Below are positions 12,307 through 22,390 of a DNA stretch of 64,000 bases, in pieces (position 1 is the stretch's first letter; every line of letters begins with the position of its first letter). The stretch covers positions 384,001 to 448,000 of the forward strand of contig CALSNU010000003.1 in NCBI GenBank assembly GCA_943787795.1, in the 5' to 3' direction. A model generated the notes under the pieces. That model made no database searches. It worked only from the letters and a program-made list of their open reading frames with translations, and was not told where the DNA came from. The DNA comes from an uncultured bacterium. GTDB lineage: Bacteria > Planctomycetota > UBA1135 > GCA-002686595. The position numbers and the translations under genes are program-made.

Positions 12307-13676
12307 CGGCCGGAGCCGACCAGGCGATCCCCGGCCCGATCACCTCGAGCCCCAGCGTTGGCCTCGGCCGGCGGGGGCTCCAGCTGCTGTACGACGCTTG
12401 CATCGGGGTCGTCTGGACGATCATGCTCCCGCTCTTCCTGGGCGCGGGCGTCCTGCGGCCTCGTCTGGCCCGCAAGGCCCTGTCGCTCTCCACGGTGGGG
12501 CTCGTGCGTCTCCCGCCGCCCGCGGCTCGCCGTAAGCGCGTCCTGGTGCACGGAGTGTCGGTGGGGGAGATCAAAGCCTCCCAGTCCCTCGTCCTCGCTC
12601 TCAGTGAGCGCTACGAGGTGGTGGTCAGCGCCTTCAGCGATACGGGAATGCAGGTGGCCCGCCAGCTGTTCCCTGAGATCGAGGTCGTCCGCTACCCCTT
12701 CGACTTCGCGCCCATCGTGGCGCGCTTTTGGCGGCGAGTATGCCCGGACTTTGTGCTGCTGGTCGAGCTGGAGGCGTGGCCATGCTTTCTGCGGGCGGCC
12801 AACCGGCGCGGCGCGCCCGTGGCCGTGGTGAGCGGCCGGATCACCGAGCAATCCTTCCGTCGGTACCAGCTCTTCGGGGCGCTCCCCGAGTTCGGCCGCA
12901 TCTCGCTCTTCGCCGCGCAGGATGAGGCCTATGCGGCCCGCTTCGCGGCGCTCGCCGGCTCCTCGGAGCGGGTCCTGGTGACCGGCAACGTCAAGGTCGA
13001 CGGGCTCCGAGGCGCGGTGGACGGGGCCGTCAGCGACCGACTGCTGGACCTCCGCCGGCAGCTGGGCCTCCCTGAGGAGCGCGGCGCTCCCTTCGTGATC
13101 GTCGCCGGAAGCACCCATGAGCCCGAGGAGGAGGCGTTCGTGGACGCGGCACGAGAGTCGCTGCCGGAGGCACGTCTCATCGTTGTGCCCCGTCACCCCG
13201 AGCGTGCCGCGGCGGTCCAGGATGCCCTGGCCGCCGGCGGGCGAGGGGCGCCGTCGCCAGAGCGCCTCTCCGAATTGAGGGCGCTGGGCCAGGCGGCTGA
13301 TCCGCGACGCCCGCTGATCGTGGACACCATCGGAGAGCTTGAGGAGTTGTACGGGGTCGCCGACGCGGTCTTCATCGGCGGCAGCCTGATTCCCCACGGG
13401 GGGCAAAATATGATGGAGCCCGCGGCCCAGGGGGTCCCGGTCGTCTACGGCCCCCACGTGGACAACTTCCTCAAAGAGACCGAGATGCTCGAGGCGGTGG
13501 GCGCAGCGCTGAGGGTCGACGACGCCGCCGCCCTCGGGAATGCCCTCGCAACCCTCGCCGCAGATCCCGCCATGAGGCGGAGAATGGGGGAGGCGGGGCG
13601 TTCGGCGCTCAGGGCCGAGCGGGGTGCGACAGTCGCGACACTAGACGCACTGAGGGCTCGTATCGGACTCGCCTGA
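12303..13676 (+). CDS. waaA: Kdo transferase (3-deoxy-D-manno-octulosonic acid transferase)
   Basis: HGVSVGE, YPFD, ELEAWP, VTGNVKVD, AGSTHEPEE, VPRHPER, DTIGEL, GGQNMMEPA; probable GTG start overlapping the secA stop. Confidence 0.92.
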
Positions 13677-13779
13677 GGCCTTCGAGAAGGGTAGAGTTTT
13701 GCTCTGGCAGCCGATTCCGGCCGCACCCGACTGAATCCGTAAGGGCTCTCTCCGCCCACCGAATCCAACCCACGACCCC

Positions 13780-14967
13780 ATGTCACGCAGCCTCTTCACG
13801 TCTGAATCCGTCTCCATGGGCCACCCTGACAAGGTGGCCGACCAGGTATCAGACGCGGTCCTCGACGCCCTCCTGGAGCAGGATCCCTCGAGCCGTGTGG
13901 CCTGCGAGACCATGGTCACCACCGGGGTCTGCATCATCGCGGGCGAGATCACGACCAAGGCGGTGGTCAACTACCAGGACATCGTGCGGGGGACCCTGCG
14001 CTCTATTGGCTACACCGACGACGCCTTCGGGATCAACGCTGACACCTGTGCGGTGATGGTGACGCTCGATCGGCAGTCGCCGGACATCGCCCAGGGCGTG
14101 GACGACGACAAGGGGCTCCACGTGGAGCAGGGCGCTGGCGACCAGGGCCTCATGTTCGGCTATGCCTGCGATGAGACCGAGGAGCTGATGCCGCTCCCGA
14201 TCCATGTCTCTCACCGACTGGTCGAGCGCATGGCCGAGCTGCGCCAGAACGGCACGCTCGCGTGGCTGCGTCCTGACTCCAAGAGTCAGGTCACGGTGGA
14301 GTATGACGGCGACAAGCCCGTCCGTGTTCACACCGTGGTGATCTCCACCCAGCACGACCCGGAGGTGAACGGGAAGTCCGAGGAAGCCGCGGTGCTGGCC
14401 GAGATCCGACAGCAGATCATCGAGCACGTGATCCGTCCTGTCATCGATGCGGAGATGCTTGACGATGACACGATCTTCCACGTCAACCCCACGGGTAAGT
14501 TCGTCATCGGCGGGCCCCACGGAGACTGCGGCCTGACGGGCCGGAAGATCATCGTCGACACCTACGGGGGCATGGGCCGCCACGGTGGCGGCGCGTTCAG
14601 CGGCAAGGACGCCTCCAAGGTGGACCGCTCCGCGGCCTACGCGTCCCGGTGGGTCGCCAAGAACGTCGTGGCCGCCGGGCTTGCGACTCGCTGTGAGGTC
14701 CAGCTCTCCTACGCCATCGGGGTCGCGAAGCCGCTCTCGGTGCGCGTGGACACCTTCGGCACGGCCAAGGTGTCGGAGGACGCCATCAGCAGCGCCATCG
14801 GCCAGGTCTTTGACCTGACGCCCCGCGGCATCATCGATGCCCTGGGCCTCAAGGCGCCCATCTTCCGGCAGACGGCTGCTCACGGCCACTTCGGCCGGCC
14901 GGGGTTCCCCTGGGAGGCCACCACCAAGGTGGACGCCCTCAAGGACGCCGCGGCAGCACTGGCCTGA
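13780..14967 (+). CDS. metK: S-adenosylmethionine synthetase
   Basis: [43 protein letters not shown]. Confidence 0.99.
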   Translation: MSRSLFTSESVSMGHPDKVADQVSDAVLDALLEQDPSSRVACETMVTTGVCIIAGEITTKAVVNYQDIVRGTLRSIGYTDDAFGINADTCAVMVTLDRQSPDIAQGVDDDKGLHVEQGAGDQGLMFGYACDETEELMPLPIHVSHRLVERMAELRQNGTLAWLRPDSKSQVTVEYDGDKPVRVHTVVISTQHDPEVNGKSEEAAVLAEIRQQIIEHVIRPVIDAEMLDDDTIFHVNPTGKFVIGGPHGDCGLTGRKIIVDTYGGMGRHGGGAFSGKDASKVDRSAAYASRWVAKNVVAAGLATRCEVQLSYAIGVAKPLSVRVDTFGTAKVSEDAISSAIGQVFDLTPRGIIDALGLKAPIFRQTAAHGHFGRPGFPWEATTKVDALKDAAAALA

Positions 14968-15044
14968 GTCCTATCCTGGCGGATACAGTGACCGTCGGGG
15001 CACGTCGCGGTATCCACCACCCAGCCCCTCCTCCCAAGCCACAG

Positions 15045-15719
15045 ATGAAGACCGCACTGCAACCGCCGAGTCCGCGCCGCAACGCCGGGTTCACGCTCAT
15101 CGAGATCCTGGCCGTGATCCTGATCATCGGGATCCTGATGACCTTCGTCATCCCCAACGTCGTCTCGTCGATCGAGCAGGCCAAGGTCACGGCGTGCCGG
15201 TCCAACCTTGAGCAGGTCAAGCGTGGCTTCCTCGAGTACGAGACCAGGTACAGCCGCACGCCTACGGAGTCCGGCGTGGGCTTCTTCGCGTCGCTGATCA
15301 CGGACAAGGTCTGGGATCCGGATGTGAAGAACTCCAAGACGCTGACGTGCCCCGCTGTGCAGCTCAACTACCTGACCCCTGGGGCGGACGGGATCCCTAC
15401 TGAGGACTGGTTCCTGCCGGAGAACCGGGACGCCATCGACGGCGGCTGGTCTGCATACGCGGGGCGAGATCTTCGCCGCAAGCCGCTCCGCGGCTTCAAT
15501 GGCCGCGGCAAGGTCGCGCTGGTGGCGGACGACAATGACCCGGAGGGGAATCACCCCACCACGACCAACGTCCTCTGGGACAACCTCCAGGTTCGTGGCC
15601 TCGAACTGATCGACGTGCAGCGCGAAGGCCTGCTCGACGAGAGCGAGGAGGTCACCTTCATCCCTGTCGGAGCGGACTCTCCGATCGAGGGGCTCCAGGC
15701 CCTCTCCCTGACCAAGTAG
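15045..15719 (+). CDS. Type IV pilin / pseudopilin-like protein
   Basis: Class III signal RRNAG|FTLIEILAVILIIGIL with E5; start taken at MKTAL. Confidence 0.88.
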   Translation: MKTALQPPSPRRNAGFTLIEILAVILIIGILMTFVIPNVVSSIEQAKVTACRSNLEQVKRGFLEYETRYSRTPTESGVGFFASLITDKVWDPDVKNSKTLTCPAVQLNYLTPGADGIPTEDWFLPENRDAIDGGWSAYAGRDLRRKPLRGFNGRGKVALVADDNDPEGNHPTTTNVLWDNLQVRGLELIDVQREGLLDESEEVTFIPVGADSPIEGLQALSLTK

Positions 15720-15861
15720 CCATGACGGCGCGTCCGAGCCTCAGCGTGGCTTGGATCGAGACCGCTGATCCGTGGATTTTCGGCGCGCGAGGTGAGGAGG
15801 CGGCGGTGCTTGCTCCGATAGCCGTGGTGGGGGATCTAGCTTCCTTGCCCCTCCACCCGGA

Positions 15862-16776
15862 ATGAATCCCCTCGCGCTTCTTCGCTCGCTACGCCCGCAC
15901 CAGTGGGTGAAGAACATCTTCGTCCTCGCGGCGCTGGTGTTTGCGCTGGGCGAGGTGGGCGTGGACGCTGCGGCGCAGCAGGATCGGATCCTCCGGGTGT
16001 TGATCGCGGCGGCGGCGTTCTGCCTGGGCGCCAGCGCGATCTATCTGGTCAACGACGTGATGGACGTCGAGTCCGACCGGCGGCATCCGGAGAAGTGCAA
16101 GCGCCCGATCGCAGCGGGCGAGGTCAGCGTCGCGCAGGCGCTTGCTCTGAGCGCGGTGTGCGTCGTCGGAGCCCTCTGGCTGGCGGGAGCCTCCACCCCG
16201 GAAGGGGGCGACAGCGTGATGACCGTCGTCGGGATCTACATGGTCTCGAACCTGCTGTACTCTCTGAAGCTGAAGCAGATCGCGATCGTGGATGCCTTCC
16301 TGATCGCGCTCGGCTTCATGCTCCGGGTGACCGCTGGCGCCTATGCTGCGGCAGCCCCCATCTCCGAGTGGCTCCTGCTGAGCACCCTCTTCCTGGCGCT
16401 CTTTCTGGCCTTCTGCAAGCGGCGGGCGGAGATCGACCTCCTCGGCGAGGACGCTGCGAGCCACCGCAAGAACCTGGGCCAGTACACCCCCGCGTTCCTC
16501 GACCAGGCCACCGGGGTCCTCGCGGCCTGCGCGATTATCACCTACTCCATGTACACGGTGGACGAGGAGACGGCGGCGAAGTTTGGAGAGGACAACGACC
16601 TCGTCTGGACGGTGCCTTTCGTGGTCTTCGGGCTCTTTCGATACCTCCTGATGGTCACTAGGAAGGAGGCCGGCGGGAGTCCCACCAAGGTGCTCCTCGG
16701 CGGGGATCTCATCTTTGCCGTGAACGGGGTGCTGTGGATGGCCGTCGTGGCCGCCTGCCTGTTCGCGATCGGCTGA
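15862..16776 (+). CDS. UbiA-family prenyltransferase, decaprenyl-phosphate phosphoribosyltransferase-like
   Basis: LRPHQWVKN, YLVNDVMDVESDRRHP.K..RPIAAG, LYSLKLK, KRRAE, FGLFRYL; multiple TM helices. Confidence 0.9.
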   Translation: MNPLALLRSLRPHQWVKNIFVLAALVFALGEVGVDAAAQQDRILRVLIAAAAFCLGASAIYLVNDVMDVESDRRHPEKCKRPIAAGEVSVAQALALSAVCVVGALWLAGASTPEGGDSVMTVVGIYMVSNLLYSLKLKQIAIVDAFLIALGFMLRVTAGAYAAAAPISEWLLLSTLFLALFLAFCKRRAEIDLLGEDAASHRKNLGQYTPAFLDQATGVLAACAIITYSMYTVDEETAAKFGEDNDLVWTVPFVVFGLFRYLLMVTRKEAGGSPTKVLLGGDLIFAVNGVLWMAVVAACLFAIG

Positions 16777-16793
16777 GCGGCGCCCGCTCGCTG

Positions 16794-18425
16794 CTACTGC
16801 CCTGGGAGGTTGCGGAGCTGCTCGGTGAGGAGCGCCGCCCGCTGGGCGCGCCGCTGCTGGGCCTGCTCCGCGGTGTGGATGATCGCCTGTTGTGGCCCGA
16901 GGGCCTCCCACTCGGGCCGGAGCAAGGCCCAGTGCGCTCTGTCAGGATCGTCCTTGGCGATCCCGCTCAGCCAGCGTCCAACCAGCGCCTCGGCCCCGGC
17001 CGGGTCGCCAAAGCGGCGCGTCATGGCGTCGGCGAGCCAGGGGAGGCAGGCGGCCTCTTCACCGGCCGGCAGGAGCCCCTCGGCGGCCGCCAGGCGTAGA
17101 TCCGCCGGTGCCCCGGCTCCGTTGAAGGCCTCGAAGAGGACCTCGACGGGGACGGCATGGGTCCGGCCCAGACCGCGCACGAGGGCCACGCGGACCTCGT
17201 GGGGCGGGGTCTCGCCCAGGCGTGCGATCAGCGGAGCCCCGGCGCTCCCCGGCGCCACCGAGGCCAACGCCTCGGCTGCGGCCCCGGCCACACCGTCGCT
17301 GGCGTCGTACAGGGCACGCTGGAGGCTCGCCGCGGCGCCCCCGCCTCGTGGCCCCATGCGCTCCAGGACCTGGACCACGTGGAGTCGGACGTACTCGTCG
17401 TCGTCCTCGAGAGCGGCGCCCAGCTCGACCGCGGCCCAGGGGCCGAGGCGCGAGAGGATGAAGCGCGCGTCGTCCACGCCCCGGAGCTGGAAGTGCTCCC
17501 CTGAGAGGTCAGAGATCAGCCGCCACACCTCGGCGCGCAGCGCAGCAGGGGCCACCGTGTCACGGCTCTGCTTGCCCGCGGCCCAGTCGGCCATCAAGCG
17601 GTCCGCGTCCTCCGCGGTGACGTCCTCGCGGCCGGTGGCGGCGCGAACGACGTCGTAGAGCTGCTGGTTGGCCGAGCCGGAGGCCTCCGTCCCGGCGCTG
17701 GCGATGGCGGCCAGCGTGCGGAGCCCGCTCAGGTTCCCGTGCGCGGCCAGGGTTCGCGCCGCCCAGACCAGCGCCAGGCTGTCCTGCTCGTACTTCAGTC
17801 GTCGAAGGAGCGCGGTGACCTCGGGGCCGCTCCCCTCCAGCTCCGCCGCGGGTACGAGGGCCCAGGAGGCATAGGCGCGGACGCTCGGGTCATCGTGGTC
17901 GGCGGTCAACTCGGTCAGCGCGGCCGAGGTGGGAGCGCTCGGCGCCGCCTGTGCGAACTGGGCCAGGACCCTCAGGTCCTCGGGGGCGCGCGCGGGGTCG
18001 CGGAGGCCAGCAGCGAGCACCGGCGCGAGCTCATCCCTCGACGCGACCACGTCAGCCGTGGCGGTCTCGAGGTATCTGCCGTCGCTCAGGACCATGCCCA
18101 CGAGGCCGTCGCGGAGCTCGACCAGCCCCGGGTCGAGGCTCGGGGCCTGATCGGCGGACACGGCGTCCTCCTCGGCCTGGGCGGGCGGCCCGGGAGCCTC
18201 CTCGATCTCACCGGGCATCAGGCCTCGGTTGCCCCTCAGCTCGCGGGCGCTGAGGACGCCCTCGCGGCGGCTGACCCCCAGCTCGGAGAGGGTCGCGTCG
18301 AGGACATCGCGCGTGGGTCGGGGGGAGGGCTCGGCGGCGCTGGAGGCCTCCCCGGTCGGGTCAGCCTCCCCGGGACTGCAGGAACCCAGGAGCGAGAGAA
18401 TGGCCAGCGCCGCGAGGGATCTCAT
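16794..18425 (-). CDS. HEAT-repeat lipoprotein
   Basis: Lipobox LLGS|C; HEAT-like segments DDPSVRAYASWAL, DDDEYVRLHVVQVL, DGVAGAAAEAL, HEVRVALVRGL, DLRLAAAEGL. Confidence 0.8.
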   Translation of the reverse strand: MRSLAALAILSLLGSCSPGEADPTGEASSAAEPSPRPTRDVLDATLSELGVSRREGVLSARELRGNRGLMPGEIEEAPGPPAQAEEDAVSADQAPSLDPGLVELRDGLVGMVLSDGRYLETATADVVASRDELAPVLAAGLRDPARAPEDLRVLAQFAQAAPSAPTSAALTELTADHDDPSVRAYASWALVPAAELEGSGPEVTALLRRLKYEQDSLALVWAARTLAAHGNLSGLRTLAAIASAGTEASGSANQQLYDVVRAATGREDVTAEDADRLMADWAAGKQSRDTVAPAALRAEVWRLISDLSGEHFQLRGVDDARFILSRLGPWAAVELGAALEDDDEYVRLHVVQVLERMGPRGGGAAASLQRALYDASDGVAGAAAEALASVAPGSAGAPLIARLGETPPHEVRVALVRGLGRTHAVPVEVLFEAFNGAGAPADLRLAAAEGLLPAGEEAACLPWLADAMTRRFGDPAGAEALVGRWLSGIAKDDPDRAHWALLRPEWEALGPQQAIIHTAEQAQQRRAQRAALLTEQLRNLPGQ

Positions 18426-19468
18426 CGGGGGTCCACCGTCACCCGGTGGACAAGCTCGGCGTCCTCGAAGGGGTCGGTGACCGTGTCGATCTCTCGCGCG
18501 ATGCCCGTCTCGGGGTCGCGATAGTAGGGCGAGCGCTTGTAGACGAGGACCGCCTCGACGCCGCCGGCCGCGTCGGGGTCATCGATGGCGAGCGTACGGC
18601 TCTCGCCGAAGTGCAGGAGGGTGCTCTCGATGTCCTTCTCGTGCCGGTAGGGGTCGCGGATCCGGTGCAGGTGTCGCCACGGGCCGCCGCCGGCGGCGAC
18701 GCCGGCCTCGTTCAGCGTGTCCGCGTCACCGGGGAGCGGGCGCCACCAGATATCGGAGGCGCGGCTGCGCTCGTCGGTGGGGTAGGAGTGCCCGCCACGG
18801 ACGTTGGCGATGGTGACCGACGGGTCACCCGCGTCATCCCGCGCGCCCATGAACGTCACGGCGGAGCGCACCATCTCGATGTAGTGTCCGCCGGGCATGG
18901 TGTGGAAGCGCCCGCTCTTCGGGGTGCCGTCGCGATAGGGCATGTGGCACTCCATGCAGCCCTCGTTGTGCTCGGCGAACGGGGTCGCCTTCCACTGCTG
19001 GACGGTCTTGTGCTGGTCGTGGCACCCCGAACACATCTCGACCCGCTGCAGCTCACGCCGGGTGGTGGGCTGGCAGGCGGCGCGCGGGTTGTCGATCTTC
19101 CCGGCCATTTTCCCGTCCGGGAGGAGGTGGCAGGTGAGGCAGTCGACGCCCTCTGCTCGTCGCGCGGAGCGGGGCAGGACGCGCTCGCCAAGCCCGGTCT
19201 CGAAGATGGGCCGCGGGGCGTGGCAGTCGATGCAGTCCTTGTTGGCGAACTGGTCGGACTGGACCCGCACGTCCTCGTTGAGCCACGAGTTCGCGTGGGG
19301 TGAAGAGGCCCACTCGTCCCAGATCTGACTGTGGCACTCCCGGCACTGCTCCGACGAGACCCACTCGGCGGGGGTCTGCGCGCTCGCCGTCTCCTCCGGG
19401 GTCCCGATGAGGGCGGAGAAGAACCAGCTCGCGAGGACGAGGACGACGATACCGAGGGCGATACGCAT
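18422..19468 (-). CDS. Pentaheme c-type cytochrome (c554/c552-like multiheme)
   Basis: Five CxxCH motifs: CRECH, CIDCH, CLTCH, CSGCH, CMECH; N-terminal signal or anchor; start taken at MRIAL. Confidence 0.92.
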   Translation of the reverse strand: MRIALGIVVLVLASWFFSALIGTPEETASAQTPAEWVSSEQCRECHSQIWDEWASSPHANSWLNEDVRVQSDQFANKDCIDCHAPRPIFETGLGERVLPRSARRAEGVDCLTCHLLPDGKMAGKIDNPRAACQPTTRRELQRVEMCSGCHDQHKTVQQWKATPFAEHNEGCMECHMPYRDGTPKSGRFHTMPGGHYIEMVRSAVTFMGARDDAGDPSVTIANVRGGHSYPTDERSRASDIWWRPLPGDADTLNEAGVAAGGGPWRHLHRIRDPYRHEKDIESTLLHFGESRTLAIDDPDAAGGVEAVLVYKRSPYYRDPETGIAREIDTVTDPFEDAELVHRVTVDPR

Positions 19469-19667
19469 GGGATTCCTGTAGCCCAAGGGTACGCCCCGGG
19501 TCACGCGGTGAAAGGGAAGACATGTACGCCTCGTGGCCAGGGGTGCGTCACGGCGCCGCTGACCTCCCCGCGGCGCCGCCCTCCTGCGGGGAGTTCGACA
19601 GCTAGCTTGAGGGTCCGGCGAAGGCGCAGCAGCGGAGCCGCGGGGTCGACCGAGCCTGCCGCGCCCG

Positions 19668-19717
19668 CTCAGGCCAGCTCAGGCCAGCTCAGGCCAACTC
19701 AGGCCAACTCAGGCCAG
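19668..19717. repeat. Intergenic tandem repeat, 10-bp unit CTCAGGCCA(G/A) x5
   Basis: Read directly from sequence. Confidence 0.92.
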
Positions 19718-19790
19718 CGAGGTCAGCTCCAGCGAGGTCATCGCCACCCAGCCCAGCTCCAGCCTGCCGGGCCAGCCCGAGCGTGGCCGT

Positions 19791-20477
19791 TCAGGTCGCG
19801 ACGGCCGAGAGCGTCCCGTCGTCCCCGATCTCGACCGTGCGGGTCGCGACCCGCTCCGCTTCCCCGGGGTCATGGGTCACGTGCAGGGTGGTCAGGCCGA
19901 GCTGGCCCTCGAGCTCGGCGAGGCGGTCGAGCAGGGCAGCTCGGCGTGGCGCGTCCAGGGGGCCGAGGGGTTCGTCAAGCAAGAGGATGCGCGGCTCGCT
20001 GGCGAGGGCGCGGGCCAGGGAGAGCCGCTGGGCCTCCCCGCCGGAGAGCGTCGGCGCCTTCTGACCGTTGATCCCAGTGAGGTCCACGAGCTCGAGGAGC
20101 TCTTCGGCTCGCTGCTTCGCCGGCGCGCCCGTGAGGCCGCGCCGCTTGAGGACGAACAGCAGAGTCTGGAGCACCGTCATGTGGGGCCAGAGGGCGCCGC
20201 CCTGGAACAGGAGCCCGACGCCGCGCTCCTGGGGGGGCGTGGAGCGGCTGCCGGCCCTGGAGGCGGAGCGGTCGAAGAGCATGATCTCACCCGCGGCGGG
20301 ATCCTCGAGGCCCGCGATGGCCCTCAGCAGGGTGCTCTTCCCCGACCCAGAGGGGCCGACGAGGAGCACGTGCTCTCCTTCCTGAACGTCCAGGTCCACA
20401 GGGCCCAGGATTCTCGTGGCGCCGGCCTGGACCGTGAGGCCGCGGATCGCGATGGCGTGTTGCTGGTGGTGGCTCAT
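19791..20477 (-). CDS. ABC transporter ATP-binding protein, Fe3+/polyamine (FbpC-like) class
   Basis: Walker A GPSGSGKS, signature LSGGEAQR, LLLDEP, VTHD; start taken at MSHHQQH. Confidence 0.92.
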   Translation of the reverse strand: MSHHQQHAIAIRGLTVQAGATRILGPVDLDVQEGEHVLLVGPSGSGKSTLLRAIAGLEDPAAGEIMLFDRSASRAGSRSTPPQERGVGLLFQGGALWPHMTVLQTLLFVLKRRGLTGAPAKQRAEELLELVDLTGINGQKAPTLSGGEAQRLSLARALASEPRILLLDEPLGPLDAPRRAALLDRLAELEGQLGLTTLHVTHDPGEAERVATRTVEIGDDGTLSAVAT

Positions 20478-22390
20478 GGGAGGAAGCGGAGGCGGCGCCT
20501 GGAGAAGAGCGTCCAGAGGAGGCCGGGGAGGAGGATGGCGAACACCACCAGGAGCGACAGCGCCGAGACGAAGTCGTCTCGTCCAAAGTGCACGGCGTTG
20601 AAGACGCGGAACATGGCCGTGTCGTTGGCGGCGGGGACCAGGACCGCGGCGTCCAGCTCGCGGACCGAGAGGGCGAACACCGCGATCCACGAGCCCGCGA
20701 GGGAGGTCCAGATTCCGGGCGTCAGGATCCCAAATAGGCGCCGGGCGGGGCCCGCGCCGGCGAGCTCGGCGGACTCCTCCAGGCGCCGGTCGAAGGACCG
20801 TACCGCCCCGGCGCAGATCAACGTCGCCACGGCGAGGAACCGACCGGCGAAGAGGACCACCACCAGCCCGCCGGAGTCGTAGAAGGAACCCGTGGCGTCA
20901 TGATTCCAGAGGACGATGGAGCCGATCCCGAACAGGGTGCCCGGGGCTGCGAGGGGCAGGATGGTGAGGAACTCGAGGGTCACACCGCGGCGGCCCCGGG
21001 CGATGGCGTGACCCAGGATCAGTGCCAGGGGGGTGGCGAGGGTGGCGGCGCCGAAGGCGAACAGCAGGCTCCACAGGAGGCTCTCCCGGGAGAGGTCCAG
21101 CGCTCGCGCGAAGGCACTGGCGACGTTGCTTGCGAACGCTGGCAGCCCGCCTCCGAAGTCCGAGAGGTCATCGGTGGCCGAGGCCTTCAGGGCAGCCTCG
21201 ACCTCGGGAGCGGCCGGGTCGACCGAGCGCTGGCGACCCTGCGGGGCGGCGGCCCTGGCGGGGGAGATCCCGGGGGAGATCCCGGGGGAGGGGCTGCTGG
21301 CGGGGGCCCCGCCGGAGGCCGCTCGGGCCGCGGCTTGGGCCGCAGAGACGGCGTCGGTGATCCCGGCGCCGGTCAGGGTCGGCGCAGGGGTGGCCCCCAT
21401 GTTCTGGGCCGCACCGCCTCCTTGGGTCCACCCGTCTCGCCGGATGGAGACGCCGCTGAAGACCCTTGAGCCGCCGCCCGATTCATACGCGAGGCGGCCG
21501 ATGGGGAGCAGGGCCCCCACGGTGACCACGGCCAGGCAGAAGAGGGTCGCGGGCGCGCGCCAGCGCCCGAGCTTGAGGGTCCGGGGGTGCTGGAACGTGG
21601 AGTCGATGGTCACCCCGCCGGAGCGGGCCCTCGCCCGCAGCAGGGGCAGGACCACCGCGGCAGTCAGGGCCAGCAGGGGGAGCGCCGTGGCCACGGCGCG
21701 CGCCTCGTTCCCGTCCACCTGCCAGGTGCTGAACACCTCGCCGGCGTAGACGTTGAACTTGCGCCCGACCGACGACACGTAGTCGGGTAGCGCGAAGTCG
21801 TTGATTGCCACGACAAAGGCCAGGAGTGAGCCTCCGAGGGCCGAGGGGAGGATCAGGGGGAGCTCCATGGCCAGCACGGACCCCAGGCCTCCTGTGAGGA
21901 GGGCGGCCTCCTCGCGGCGGGCATCGATGCGCTCGGCTGCGCGGGCCGCGAAGAGCGCCACCAGCGGGAATGAGCTGACCCCGAGGATCAGGGCGCACAT
22001 GACGGGGCCGCGCAGCGGGAGCAGCATGGTCCACGTCATGGCCAGCATGATCGGCGGCAGCAGGATGGGCACGATCCCCAGAGCCCGTAGCAGCCTGGCG
22101 CCGAGGACATCGGTCCGACTGACGAGGAAGCCGAAGGGGAGCCCGATGGCCAGGGCGATGGAGGCGGCACCCAGTCCCAGGAGGACGGTCCAGAGCAGCA
22201 GGAGAAGCGTGCGACCCCCGACCAGGTCGGTGATCACCGAGGGGTCCCCGGCGAGGCGTTCCGCCATGAGCAGCAGCGGCGCGAGGCACAGCACAAGAAA
22301 GCCGAGCAGGCCCACGGCGAGCAGGGGCCGGCTGACGAGCGCCGTGGATCGGTGGGGCTTGGCCAAGGGGTCAGCGGATGAAGGTCTCAC
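20474..22390 (-). CDS. ABC transporter permease, FbpB-like with two permease halves
   Basis: Two EAA loops (RREEAALLTG; RLEESAELAGAG), many TM helices; low-complexity insert between the halves. Confidence 0.88.
   Translation of the reverse strand: MRPSSADPLAKPHRSTALVSRPLLAVGLLGFLVLCLAPLLLMAERLAGDPSVITDLVGGRTLLLLLWTVLLGLGAASIALAIGLPFGFLVSRTDVLGARLLRALGIVPILLPPIMLAMTWTMLLPLRGPVMCALILGVSSFPLVALFAARAAERIDARREEAALLTGGLGSVLAMELPLILPSALGGSLLAFVVAINDFALPDYVSSVGRKFNVYAGEVFSTWQVDGNEARAVATALPLLALTAAVVLPLLRARARSGGVTIDSTFQHPRTLKLGRWRAPATLFCLAVVTVGALLPIGRLAYESGGGSRVFSGVSIRRDGWTQGGGAAQNMGATPAPTLTGAGITDAVSAAQAAARAASGGAPASSPSPGISPGISPARAAAPQGRQRSVDPAAPEVEAALKASATDDLSDFGGGLPAFASNVASAFARALDLSRESLLWSLLFAFGAATLATPLALILGHAIARGRRGVTLEFLTILPLAAPGTLFGIGSIVLWNHDATGSFYDSGGLVVVLFAGRFLAVATLICAGAVRSFDRRLEESAELAGAGPARRLFGILTPGIWTSLAGSWIAVFALSVRELDAAVLVPAANDTAMFRVFNAVHFGRDDFVSALSLLVVFAILLPGLLWTLFSRRRLRFLP

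Noticed and set aside
13677..13779. SAM riboswitch upstream of metK
   Set aside because: Only about 100 bp and I could not match SAM-I, SAM-II or SAM-SAH consensus elements; an Rfam/Infernal scan would settle it
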